Assembly (NCBI GenBank): GCA_030619905.1
Contig: JAUXAO010000001.1
Span: 119,051-183,050 of the forward strand
DNA: 64,000 nucleotides
Origin: a bacterium
Lineage (GTDB): Bacteria; Patescibacteriota; Minisyncoccia; Minisyncoccales; CG1-02-41-26
Reading direction: 5' to 3'
The position numbers and the translations under genes are program-made. The notes beneath the pieces are model-generated. The model was not told where the DNA came from and did not search any database. It was given only the letters and a program-made list of their open reading frames with translations. Positions 36,020 through 44,606 of the stretch are shown here, one piece after another. Position 1 is the stretch's first letter, and every line of letters starts with the position of its first letter.

Positions 36020-36628
36020 ATGATTGAGAAGACCTCCTTAATGGAAGAAAAGAAAAAAATATTTCAACTTGCTAAAGGATATGTAAGAGCAACAACACTC
36101 CAAGGTCATTTTAATTATATTCGAGAAAAAGAAGGGAAAGAAGGAGTAAAAAAAGTTCAGGAAAAATTAAAAGAATTAGGATGTTATACAGAACCCTGGG
36201 AATTAGATCCTTTAGCCTGGATACCTTTAGCCAAAGTAGATTTTGTTATTCTCGTTGCTAAAGATGTATTTAATTGGACAGAGGAAGTTATTTTTGAGAT
36301 GGGAAATTCTGCTCCTAAATATTCATTTATTGCAAAGATCTTAATGAAAACCTTTCTCTCTCTTAAAAGAACATTTCAGGAAAGTTCTAAATATTGGAAA
36401 AAGCACTATACAAGTGGCGAACTGATACCCTATAAGATTGACAAAAAAGAGAAATATCTCGTCCTTCGCCTTAAACATTCCTGCCATCCTCTTTTATGTA
36501 TTTTCTATAAGGGTTATTTTTTAAGAATTACTCAGTATGTAATTGAGAGCAAGGAAATAACCATTAAAGAGACTAAATGTATGTCTAAGGGTGCTTCTTA
36601 TCATGAGTTTGTAATCAGCTGGAAGTAA
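36020..36628 (+). CDS. Stand-alone V4R/H-NOX-like small-ligand sensor domain protein (tentative)
   Basis: The C-terminus CIFYKGYFLRITQYV..ITIKETKCMSKGASYHEFVISW follows the V4R-type pattern C.F..G......E..C...G...C.F, with the last Cys replaced by His. Paralog of the next gene. Confidence 0.4.
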   Translation: MIEKTSLMEEKKKIFQLAKGYVRATTLQGHFNYIREKEGKEGVKKVQEKLKELGCYTEPWELDPLAWIPLAKVDFVILVAKDVFNWTEEVIFEMGNSAPKYSFIAKILMKTFLSLKRTFQESSKYWKKHYTSGELIPYKIDKKEKYLVLRLKHSCHPLLCIFYKGYFLRITQYVIESKEITIKETKCMSKGASYHEFVISWK

Positions 36629-36642
36629 TTAATTTTAAATAT

Positions 36643-37230
36643 ATGTTGATGGTTTCGAAACAAGACATTGAAAAAACAAAAAGAATGGAAGGAGAAATAA
36701 TTGGCTCTTCCTTAAAAGCGGACCGGGAATTTATTATAGAAAAGAAAGGCAGAGAAGGATTAAGAAAAGTAGAAAAAGAAATGGAAAAATTAGGTTATGC
36801 TTTAAAGTATGAAGAGATAGATAAATATAAATGGTATCCTGTTCAGCAAGATTTTCTTTCTCTCCTGTTAGCCCAGAAGATTTTTAACTGGAGTGATGAA
36901 ACAATACGAGAATGGGGTCGTTGGGGAGCTAAAACTAATTTTATTATTAAATTAATGGCAAGATTGGTTAGTAAAAAAACAATAGCCAGTTTCGCTTCTA
37001 AATCCTGGAGAAAATATTATACCAGAGGAACAATGGAATATAAATTAGATGATGAAAAGAGAGTTGGCACTGCAATAATAAAAGATTTTACTATTTATCC
37101 GGTTCATCTTCATTATTTAGAGGGATATTTTTATCAAATACTGTCTCTTGTAGAACCCTCCCCGAACTTGAAAGTGAAAGGAGTTGAAACTAAAGATTCT
37201 AATGTTCACCGATTTGAAGTAACTTGGTAA
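36643..37230 (+). CDS. Paralog of 36020..36628 (V4R/H-NOX-like sensor domain, tentative)
   Basis: Collinear with the preceding ORF (EGLRKVEKEMEKLGY, FNWSDETIREWG, WRKYYTRGTMEY, HYLEGYFYQIL, HRFEVTW). Confidence 0.4.
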   Translation: MLMVSKQDIEKTKRMEGEIIGSSLKADREFIIEKKGREGLRKVEKEMEKLGYALKYEEIDKYKWYPVQQDFLSLLLAQKIFNWSDETIREWGRWGAKTNFIIKLMARLVSKKTIASFASKSWRKYYTRGTMEYKLDDEKRVGTAIIKDFTIYPVHLHYLEGYFYQILSLVEPSPNLKVKGVETKDSNVHRFEVTW

Positions 37231-37273
37231 ATTATACGAGAAATTAGTAAACCTTGAAGTAAAATCTATAATT

Positions 37274-37864
37274 ATGAATGATAGAGGAAAAACAGAAAAT
37301 TTGCTTAAAATGGCTGTAGAAGATTTGAAGGACATTGAAATATATGTCCAAGAATATTCTACTTTTTTGCCTTTGGCAGTTTGTACTATTAATCCTCTGG
37401 GGATAATCCTTAACAGTAATCAGGCTTTCCAAAAGTTAACCGGTTATAAGGAAATAGAAGCGATAGGAAAAAAGATGAAGGATTTGTTTTTGAATAAAGA
37501 AAATTTCAAAGATTTAATTAAAGAAAAGACTCTTAAGGGGAAATCGAGCCTAACTCGAAAAATGACTCTCTTAACTAAAGAGGAGAAGAAGATGCCTGTC
37601 AGTATGGCGATTTCTATCAGAAGGGACGAAGAAGATAATTTTATAGGACATTTTATAGCCCTTTCTGATATCACTGCTTTTGAAGACCTGAGAAAAAATT
37701 TAGAAAAAAAAGTAAAAGAAAGAACAAAACAACTCCAGGAGAGAGTTGATGAATTAGAGAAATTTAGGAGATTAACCGAAGGGAGAGAGCTGAAAATGGT
37801 TGAATTAAAAGAAGAAATCAAAAAATTAAAAGAAGAATTAGAAAAACAAAAAGGTCGAAAATAA
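37274..37864 (+). CDS. Cytoplasmic PAS-domain protein ending in the same coiled-coil motif as the HAMP sensor
   Basis: PAS-like core (LPLAVCTINPLGIILNSNQAFQKLTGYKEIEAIGKKMKDLF..). C-terminus KVKERTKQLQERVDELEKFRRLTEGRELKMVELKEEIKKLK. Confidence 0.7.
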   Translation: MNDRGKTENLLKMAVEDLKDIEIYVQEYSTFLPLAVCTINPLGIILNSNQAFQKLTGYKEIEAIGKKMKDLFLNKENFKDLIKEKTLKGKSSLTRKMTLLTKEEKKMPVSMAISIRRDEEDNFIGHFIALSDITAFEDLRKNLEKKVKERTKQLQERVDELEKFRRLTEGRELKMVELKEEIKKLKEELEKQKGRK

Positions 37865-37998
37865 AATTAATAGAAGCAGATAAACGCGGATAAACGCAGA
37901 AAATATTGGGGATAAATTATTGTGTAAAGAAATTACCTATGAAATCAGTGGAGCGTGCTTCTGCGTCATTATCAGCGCAAATCCGCTTCTACAAACAT

Positions 37999-39180
37999 AT
38001 GATTAAAGCAGGAGTAGGAAGAAGTAATGATCCTGATGCCACAAAAGCTGGAGCTGAGGCGGCCAGAATGGCCCTAAAAGAAACTGGTGGCAAAGCCAAT
38101 TTGATTGTTGTTTTCTCAACAGTTGCTTATGATCAGAAAAAAATGCTTGACGGAGTAAGAACGATTTCTAAAGAGATTCCTTTGGTTGGTTGCAGTACTT
38201 CCGGAGAAATTACTACCGAAGGCCCAGTAGCAAAACACGTAGCGGTAACGGCTTTGAGTTCAGATAAGATTGAATGGACAGTAGGAGTTGGAAAAGGTAC
38301 TGATAAAGATTCTTTCCAAGCTGGGAAAGAAGCAGCCCAAGAAGTAAAAAATAAAGCCAAAGAAGAACTTTCTTTGTTCGTAATGTTGTTAGATGGTTTG
38401 TCTGAAAATGGAGCAGCAGCGGTTAGGGGAGTGCAGGCAGTTTTGGGAGAACAATTTCCTATTATGGGAGGTTCAGCCGGAGATGATTTTTTGTTCAAGA
38501 AAACATATGAGTATTATAATGGAGAGATTCTGGAAAATAGTGTAATAGGAATAGGTCTTTCTGGAAAATTCTCCTTTGGGGTAGGAGTACGACACGGCTG
38601 GGAACCAATTGGTCTTCCAATGAAAGTGACTAAAGCTGAAGGGGCAGTTTTAAAAGAACTTGATAATCAACCGGCGCTGAAGATTTACGAGGATTATTTT
38701 GGGAAGAAAGCTGAAGAGTTAACTAAAGAACCAATTGCTCGAATGGCTTACACTTATCCTTTAGGAATGAGTGTTGAAGGAAGTTCCGAGCTTTTAATTA
38801 GAGATGTGATTATAGCTAACGAAAAAGGAGAAATTACTTGTGCAGCTGAAATTCCTCAAGGTTCAGAGATTCGGCTAATGTTGGGAGATACAGAAAAAGC
38901 TATTCAGGCCGCCAAAGAAGCAGCTGAGGGGGCTCTTTCTCAACTTAAAGGATCTAGACCAAAGGTAATTTTTGTCTTCAATTGTATGGCTCGAAACAAA
39001 CTTTTAGGAGCAAGGATTGGAGAAGAAATTGTGGCTATTCAGAATGTTCTGGGCAAGGAGGTTCCTTTGGTCGGTTTTTATACTTATGGAGAGCAAGCTC
39101 CTTTGGGTGGAGTAATCGGACCAGAATGTCGCTCAGTTTTTCATAACGAGACCATGACTTTAGTGGTATTGGGAGAGTAG
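37999..39180 (+). CDS. FIST-domain signal-transduction protein (FIST_N + FIST_C)
   Basis: AEAARMALKETGGKANLIVVFSTVAYDQKKMLDGV..PLVGCSTSGEI and the C-terminal FNCMARNKLLG..VGFYTYGEQAP. The ORF track extends to TTG 37906 (ATG also at 37939). I prefer ATG 37999 (MIKAGVGRSNDPDAT) because the upstream part overlaps a GC-rich repeat element. Confidence 0.8.
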   Translation: MIKAGVGRSNDPDATKAGAEAARMALKETGGKANLIVVFSTVAYDQKKMLDGVRTISKEIPLVGCSTSGEITTEGPVAKHVAVTALSSDKIEWTVGVGKGTDKDSFQAGKEAAQEVKNKAKEELSLFVMLLDGLSENGAAAVRGVQAVLGEQFPIMGGSAGDDFLFKKTYEYYNGEILENSVIGIGLSGKFSFGVGVRHGWEPIGLPMKVTKAEGAVLKELDNQPALKIYEDYFGKKAEELTKEPIARMAYTYPLGMSVEGSSELLIRDVIIANEKGEITCAAEIPQGSEIRLMLGDTEKAIQAAKEAAEGALSQLKGSRPKVIFVFNCMARNKLLGARIGEEIVAIQNVLGKEVPLVGFYTYGEQAPLGGVIGPECRSVFHNETMTLVVLGE

Positions 39181-39213
39181 AAAAAATTAAAAATTAAAGT
39201 TTAAAAATTAAAA

Positions 39214-39229
39214 TTAGCTAATTAGCTAA
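39214..39229. promoter_or_regulatory. Perfect 16-nt palindrome upstream of the histidine-kinase gene (candidate operator)
   Basis: ttagctaa-ttagctaa, read directly; 19 nt upstream of the ATG at 39248. Confidence 0.25.
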
Positions 39230-39247
39230 AAGATTTTTGGTTTTTGA

Positions 39248-40507
39248 ATGAAAAAAAATTCTATTAAAAAAATTAAAGAAGTGGGAACTTTGGAAGAATT
39301 GGATCGGATTGCCAAAATGTTGGTAAGGCGAGATTTTGAGTTGTCAGAAATTCGAGAAAAAAGAGATGCGGAATTGAAAGAATTAGAGAAGAGAAATAAA
39401 GAAATTACAGGATCAAGAATTGCTTTAATGAATATTCTTGAGGATGTAGAAAAAGCGAAAGAAAAATCTGAAGAAGAAAGAGACAAGACTTTGGCAATTT
39501 TTGATAACTTTCCTGAAGGGCTTTTGTTTCTTGATAAAGAAAATAGAATTTCCTCAGCCAACCCAGATATTAAAGATCTTTTTGGATTGGATCCTGAGAA
39601 AATAATTGGGAAGAGAATAGATGAGTTAGGAAAATCTTCATTAGCTCCCTTTATAGATATTTTAAAAGAAAGTCCTAAAGGGATTTATAGGAAAGAATTA
39701 AAATTAAAAGAAAATTTAATTTTGGAAATATCAGCTATTCCAGTAATGAAGGTTGAAGAAAAAATTGGAACATTAATTATTTTACGAGATGTAACTCGGG
39801 AAAAAATCATAGAACGATTAAAGACTGAATTTGTTTCTATTGTTGCCCATCAACTGAGAACTCCTCTCTCAGCAGTAAAATGGACATTGAAAATGATCCT
39901 AGACGGAGATTTGGGAGAGGTTTCAAAGGAACAGAGAGAGTTTCTTAATAAGACATACATAAGTAACGAAAGAATGATTCGCCTGATTAATGATCTCTTA
40001 AATATCACCAGAATTGAAGAAGGAAGATTTCTCTATAATGTCCAAAAACAAAGTATAATAGAGGTAGCTGAAAGAGTAATCGCTTCTTCTAGAGAAGAGG
40101 CTCAAAGAAGGGGAATCCGTTTTGAATTCAAAAAACCGAGAAAGAAAATACCCGAAGTAAAGATTGATTCGGAAAAGATTTCTCTTGTTTTTCAGAATCT
40201 ACTTGATAATGCTATCCATTACACGAAAACCGGCGGCCATGTTAAAGTTTCTATTGACTATTTAAAAGATGAAGAAAAAATAATAATTTCAGTTAAAGAT
40301 ACAGGAATTGGTATTCTTAAAGACCAGCAAAAAAGAGTATTCTCAAGATTCTTCAGAGGAGCGAATGCAATTAAGACAGAGACTGAAGGAACAGGTCTCG
40401 GGCTTTTTATTGCCAAGAATATAGTTGAGGCTCACAATGGTAAAATCTGGTTTGAGTCCAGAAAAAACAAAGGAAGTACTTTTCATTTTAGCCTTCCGAC
40501 TTCCTAA
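39248..40507 (+). CDS. Cytoplasmic sensor histidine kinase (coiled coil - PAS - HisKA - HATPase_c)
   Basis: H-box FVSIVAHQLRTPLSAV, N-box FQNLLDNAIHYT, G1 VKDTGIGI, G2 GTGLGLFIAKNIV. No TM segment. N-terminal ALMNILEDVEKAKE coiled coil. Confidence 0.92.
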   Translation: MKKNSIKKIKEVGTLEELDRIAKMLVRRDFELSEIREKRDAELKELEKRNKEITGSRIALMNILEDVEKAKEKSEEERDKTLAIFDNFPEGLLFLDKENRISSANPDIKDLFGLDPEKIIGKRIDELGKSSLAPFIDILKESPKGIYRKELKLKENLILEISAIPVMKVEEKIGTLIILRDVTREKIIERLKTEFVSIVAHQLRTPLSAVKWTLKMILDGDLGEVSKEQREFLNKTYISNERMIRLINDLLNITRIEEGRFLYNVQKQSIIEVAERVIASSREEAQRRGIRFEFKKPRKKIPEVKIDSEKISLVFQNLLDNAIHYTKTGGHVKVSIDYLKDEEKIIISVKDTGIGILKDQQKRVFSRFFRGANAIKTETEGTGLGLFIAKNIVEAHNGKIWFESRKNKGSTFHFSLPTS

Positions 40508-40561
40508 AGAAAACTTGATGAATCTTTAAAAAAGTTTTAAGATATATTAAAGTAATTAAAA

Positions 40562-41101
40562 ATGGAAAGAATAATTCAAGAATTACAAAAGGATTTACGA
40601 AATATTATAGAAGAGAAAAAGCCTAGGGCTTTAAGGAAAAAGATCGGAGATTTGGTTGATCTTCGGGCATTGAGAATCATTAATTTTTCTTTACAATGGG
40701 CTTCAGCAGGTTATAAATCTGCTTTGAGATTCGCTGGGATGAAATTTGGCAGGAGACTAGGAGAAATGTCTTCGAGCAGAGAACTTTCCTCAGTTTTAAA
40801 AGAGATTAAAAAGATAGTGGAAGAGTTAAAGGAGGGTGAGGTAAAATTCCAGATTATAGAAAAGAAAAGCATAGCCCAGTTTAAGGTCTACAATTCTTCT
40901 TTGACAAATTCTGTGCCGAATATTTCTCAAAATCTTTGTCTATTCAGAGAAGGGTTTATTGAGGGTTATCTGGTAGGGATAATTGCTGTCAGAGGTTTGC
41001 TTCAAGTATTTTTTAAGAATATTAATAGGGTTGAAGTTAAAGAAACAAAATGTCAGGGAAAGGGAGATAAATTTTGTCAGTTTACTATTGTTTTAAAGTA
41101 A
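40562..41101 (+). CDS. V4R (4-vinyl-reductase-type) domain protein
   Basis: The C-terminal signature LCLFREGFIEGYL..VEVKETKCQGKGDKFCQFTIV matches the V4R pattern. Confidence 0.6.
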   Translation: MERIIQELQKDLRNIIEEKKPRALRKKIGDLVDLRALRIINFSLQWASAGYKSALRFAGMKFGRRLGEMSSSRELSSVLKEIKKIVEELKEGEVKFQIIEKKSIAQFKVYNSSLTNSVPNISQNLCLFREGFIEGYLVGIIAVRGLLQVFFKNINRVEVKETKCQGKGDKFCQFTIVLK

Positions 41102-41138
41102 AATATGTTAAAATAAATAAAATAAGAAATAAAATACT

Positions 41139-41507
41139 ATGCCTAAAAAAATTTTAATTATTGAAGACGAAGAACTTTTATGCAATTTATTAAAAAGAAA
41201 ACTAAATGAAGAAGGTTATCAAACTTCAGTTGCCAAGGACGGAGTTGAAGGAATGAAAATGATAAAAGAAATAAAACCCGACCTTATCTTGCTTGATATT
41301 GTAATGCCTAATAAAAATGGTTTTGAAGTAATGGATGAAATGCAGACTGATGAGAAATTAAAACATATTCCTATCATCGTAATTTCAAATTCTGGTCAGC
41401 CAGTTGAAATTGATAAAGCCAAAGAACTAGGAGCTAAAGACTGGCTAATTAAAACTGAATTTGATCCACAAGAAGTAATTGAAAAAGTCAAAAAACAAAT
41501 AGGTTAA
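41139..41507 (+). CDS. Stand-alone response-regulator receiver domain
   Basis: IIEDEE, LILLDIVMP phospho-acceptor context, ISN, DWLIKT; 122 aa. Confidence 0.9.
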   Translation: MPKKILIIEDEELLCNLLKRKLNEEGYQTSVAKDGVEGMKMIKEIKPDLILLDIVMPNKNGFEVMDEMQTDEKLKHIPIIVISNSGQPVEIDKAKELGAKDWLIKTEFDPQEVIEKVKKQIG

Positions 41508-41557
41508 AAGTGATGTCAATTATGAATCTAAATTAACATATTTGCATCATATAATTT

Positions 41558-41923
41558 ATGGCTAAAATATTAATCATTGAGGATGATAAGTTCTTAAGAG
41601 AACTAATGGTGAGAAAACTCAGTCAGGAAAATTTTAATGTTCTGGAAGCAGTCGATGGTGAAGAAGGAATTAAAAAAATGAAAGAAATAGTTCCTGATTT
41701 ACTTCTACTTGATTTGATTTTGCCGGGAATTGATGGATTTGAGGTTTTATCAAAGATAAAAGAAGATCCAGCAACAGCTTCTGTCCCGGTAGTCATTCTT
41801 TCAAATCTTGGCCAGAGAGAAGATGTAGAGCGAGGATTGAAGCTCGGGGCGGTAGATTATTTGGTTAAAGCTCACTTTACCCCGAATGAGATTATCGAAA
41901 AAGTTAAAACAAACCTGAAGTAG
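41558..41923 (+). CDS. Stand-alone response-regulator receiver domain
   Basis: IIEDDK, LLLLDLILP, LSN, DYLVKA; 121 aa. Confidence 0.9.
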   Translation: MAKILIIEDDKFLRELMVRKLSQENFNVLEAVDGEEGIKKMKEIVPDLLLLDLILPGIDGFEVLSKIKEDPATASVPVVILSNLGQREDVERGLKLGAVDYLVKAHFTPNEIIEKVKTNLK

Positions 41924-41999
41924 AAACTCCACTCTCTATCTGTTAATTGATATTATGAACCTTTTGTAATATTCTTTGATTTGGAGAGAGGAGTTTTTT
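41924..41999 (+). terminator. Long hairpin plus T-run at the end of the sensory operon
   Basis: aaactccactctct (41924-41937) pairs with ggagagaggagttt (41983-41996) over 12-13 bp with one mismatch. About 45-nt loop, then tttttt. Confidence 0.4.
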
Positions 42000-42016
42000 A
42001 ATCAGATAAATACATT

Positions 42017-42973
42017 ATGATAATTTTTCTTTACGGTAAAGATACATATAGATTGCAACAAAAACTGCAAGAAATTGAAGCTCAATACAAAGAAGTCCAC
42101 AAAAGTGGACTGAATTTAGAAAAAATAGATGTTCTTCAAATAGAATTTGAAGAATTTGCTGATAAGTTGTTTCAGCATTCAATGTTTATTAAAAAGAAAT
42201 TATTTTTCTTAGAAAATTTATTTTCTAGCCAAAAATTCAAAGAAAAATTCTTAGAAAAAATTAAAGAGATTACGAAATCTCAAGATCTTATCGTTGTTTT
42301 TGAAAAAAAGGAATTACCTAAAAGAGACAAGCTTTTTCTTAATCTAAAAAAGTACGGAAAATCTCAGGAATTTGAACATTTAAAAGGAAAAGTACTGGAA
42401 GATTGGGTAAAAAATGAATTTCAAAAAGAGAAGATAAAAGTTTCTGAGCAAGCCATGAATCTCCTTCTGGAATTTATTGGTAATGATTTATGGCAGCTTT
42501 CAAATGAAATTAAAAAATTAGTTTGTCTTAAAAAACCTCTTAAAGCGAGTGATTTGATTGAAGAAGTAAAAAGCGAAGATGTTGAAACCTTAATCAAGCC
42601 AAAACTTGAAGCGAATATTTTTAAAATAATTGATGCTTTATCTCAGAAAAATAAGAAGAAAGCTCTTAGGTTAATTCAGGAGAGCTTACTTAAAGAGAAT
42701 AAACCCCTGGCTATTTTAAACATGATAAATTTTCAGTTTAGAGGTCTTCTAATCGCTAAAACTTTAATGGAAGAAGGCAAGACTTTAAACGACTTTTTGA
42801 AATTAAATATTCTTAAACCTTACCCAACAAGAAAATGTTGGTATGCAAGTACAGAATTTAGTTTAAATCAATTAAAAAAGATCTACCAAAAGATTTTTGA
42901 GGCAGATCTAAGTATAAAAACAGGGAAGATCCAACCAGAAGAAGGACTTAAGATGTTAGTTGCAGGAATATAA
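42017..42973 (+). CDS. holA: DNA polymerase III delta subunit
   Basis: 318 aa. N-terminal IFLYGKDTYRLQQKLQEI pattern and a helical C-terminal domain typical of short HolA. Assigned by overall pattern rather than a sharp motif. Confidence 0.65.
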   Translation: MIIFLYGKDTYRLQQKLQEIEAQYKEVHKSGLNLEKIDVLQIEFEEFADKLFQHSMFIKKKLFFLENLFSSQKFKEKFLEKIKEITKSQDLIVVFEKKELPKRDKLFLNLKKYGKSQEFEHLKGKVLEDWVKNEFQKEKIKVSEQAMNLLLEFIGNDLWQLSNEIKKLVCLKKPLKASDLIEEVKSEDVETLIKPKLEANIFKIIDALSQKNKKKALRLIQESLLKENKPLAILNMINFQFRGLLIAKTLMEEGKTLNDFLKLNILKPYPTRKCWYASTEFSLNQLKKIYQKIFEADLSIKTGKIQPEEGLKMLVAGI

Positions 42974-42981
42974 CAGGAACC

Positions 42982-43248
42982 CTATTTTATTTGTTTCATA
43001 ATGGCCTTGGTAACCCTAGATTTTTTTCTGCTTGCTGTATTTTTTTTGATTACCTTAGTTTTAGCTGCTTTATCCAAACTTTTATATATCTCAGGTAAAA
43101 GTTTTTTTGCCTCTTTGACCTTATTCTGAGAAATTAATTTTTTAACCTCTTTCATGAGGTCTTTTATTTTCCTTTTTCTTTTGACATTCCTTACTGCCCT
43201 TCTTTTGTTTTGCCGGAGAGCTTTTTTGGCTGATTTAGTAATTGGCAT
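42982..43248 (-). CDS. rpsT: 30S ribosomal protein S20
   Basis: MPITKSAKKALRQNKRRAVRN start; 88 aa, basic and helical. Confidence 0.92.
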   Translation of the reverse strand: MPITKSAKKALRQNKRRAVRNVKRKRKIKDLMKEVKKLISQNKVKEAKKLLPEIYKSLDKAAKTKVIKKNTASRKKSRVTKAIMKQIK

Positions 43249-43316
43249 ATGATTAGAGTTATATTATCATAAAGATTACTTTTTGGCAACGATTATTATT
43301 GTGATATACTAAAAAA

Positions 43317-44573
43317 ATGAAAATAAAAAAAATCATTCCTTCTTTTTTATTAAGTTGGTATCATCTCTCTTTAGCTTTTTTAGGTGCTTTGATTTATGGC
43401 TTTCCATCGAAAAAACTGAAAGTCATTGGAATTACTGGAACTAAAGGTAAATCAACAGTGGTAGAATTGACAAGAGTGATTTTAGAGGAAGCTGGCTATA
43501 AAGTGGCTTCTCTTTCTTCAATTAAATTCAGAATAGATAAAAAAGAATGGCCAAACAAACTGAAAATGACAATGCCTGGCCGATTTAAGATCCAAGGATT
43601 TTTAAGAAAAGCAGTAAAAGCTGGTTGTCAGTATGCTATTTTAGAGGTAACTTCAGAGGGGATTTTGCAGCATCGTCAAAGATTTATTGATTTTAATGTT
43701 GCTCTTTTTACCAATTTAAGCCCAGAGCACATTGAGAGACATGGCTCTTTTGAAAAATATCGTCAGGCCAAAGGAAAGTTTTTTAAACAATGCAAAAAGA
43801 ATCATATTATTAATTTAGATGATAAAAGTGCTGAGTATTTTTTAGGATTTAAAGCAACTAGAAGATGGAAATATGGACTGAGAATTTCCAATTCCAATTC
43901 AATAATTGCTGAAAACCCTCAAACCTTAAATGATAGGATAAAATTTTCCATCAAAAATACCGGATTCAATCTATCCTTATCAGGCGAATTCAATATTTAC
44001 AACTCTTTGGCAGCAGTTTGTATTGGTCTTTCCCAGGGGATTGATCTGGAAATTTCTAAAAAAGCATTAGAAAAAGTTAAAGGGATTCCAGGTAGAATGG
44101 AAACAGTAATAGAAAAACCGTTTAAAGTTATTGTTGACTATGCACATACTCCTGACAGCTTGGAAAAAGTTTATCAAACAGTCTCGAGTTTCCAACTTCC
44201 AACTTCTAATCTTATATGTGTTTTAGGTTCTTGCGGAGGAGGAAGAGATAAATGGAAAAGACCGGAAATGGGAAAAATTGCAGCAAAATATTGCGACAAA
44301 ATTATTTTGACCAATGAAGATCCATATGATGAAGATCCACTTCAAATTATTAATGGGATTGGACAAGGAATTCATAGCATAGAATATATTTACAAGATTT
44401 TAGATAGACGAAAAGCTATAAAAAAGGCATTTGAATTGGCAAAAGAAAGTGATGTAGTTATTATTACTGGAAAGGGATGTGAGCCTTGGATGTGTTTGGC
44501 TAATGGTAAAAAGATACCATGGGACGACCGGAAAATAGTCAAAGAAGAATATAATCTAAGAAAGCAGTTTTAA
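43317..44573 (+). CDS. Mur ligase family protein (MurE-like UDP-MurNAc-peptide synthetase)
   Basis: P-loop ITGTKGKST, EVTSEG, and DYAHTPDSLEKV motifs, with an N-terminal hydrophobic segment. Substrate specificity cannot be read from the sequence. Confidence 0.8.
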   Translation: MKIKKIIPSFLLSWYHLSLAFLGALIYGFPSKKLKVIGITGTKGKSTVVELTRVILEEAGYKVASLSSIKFRIDKKEWPNKLKMTMPGRFKIQGFLRKAVKAGCQYAILEVTSEGILQHRQRFIDFNVALFTNLSPEHIERHGSFEKYRQAKGKFFKQCKKNHIINLDDKSAEYFLGFKATRRWKYGLRISNSNSIIAENPQTLNDRIKFSIKNTGFNLSLSGEFNIYNSLAAVCIGLSQGIDLEISKKALEKVKGIPGRMETVIEKPFKVIVDYAHTPDSLEKVYQTVSSFQLPTSNLICVLGSCGGGRDKWKRPEMGKIAAKYCDKIILTNEDPYDEDPLQIINGIGQGIHSIEYIYKILDRRKAIKKAFELAKESDVVIITGKGCEPWMCLANGKKIPWDDRKIVKEEYNLRKQF

Positions 44574-44606
44574 ATAATTCTTTTTTGTTATATAATTTAA
44601 CCAAAT

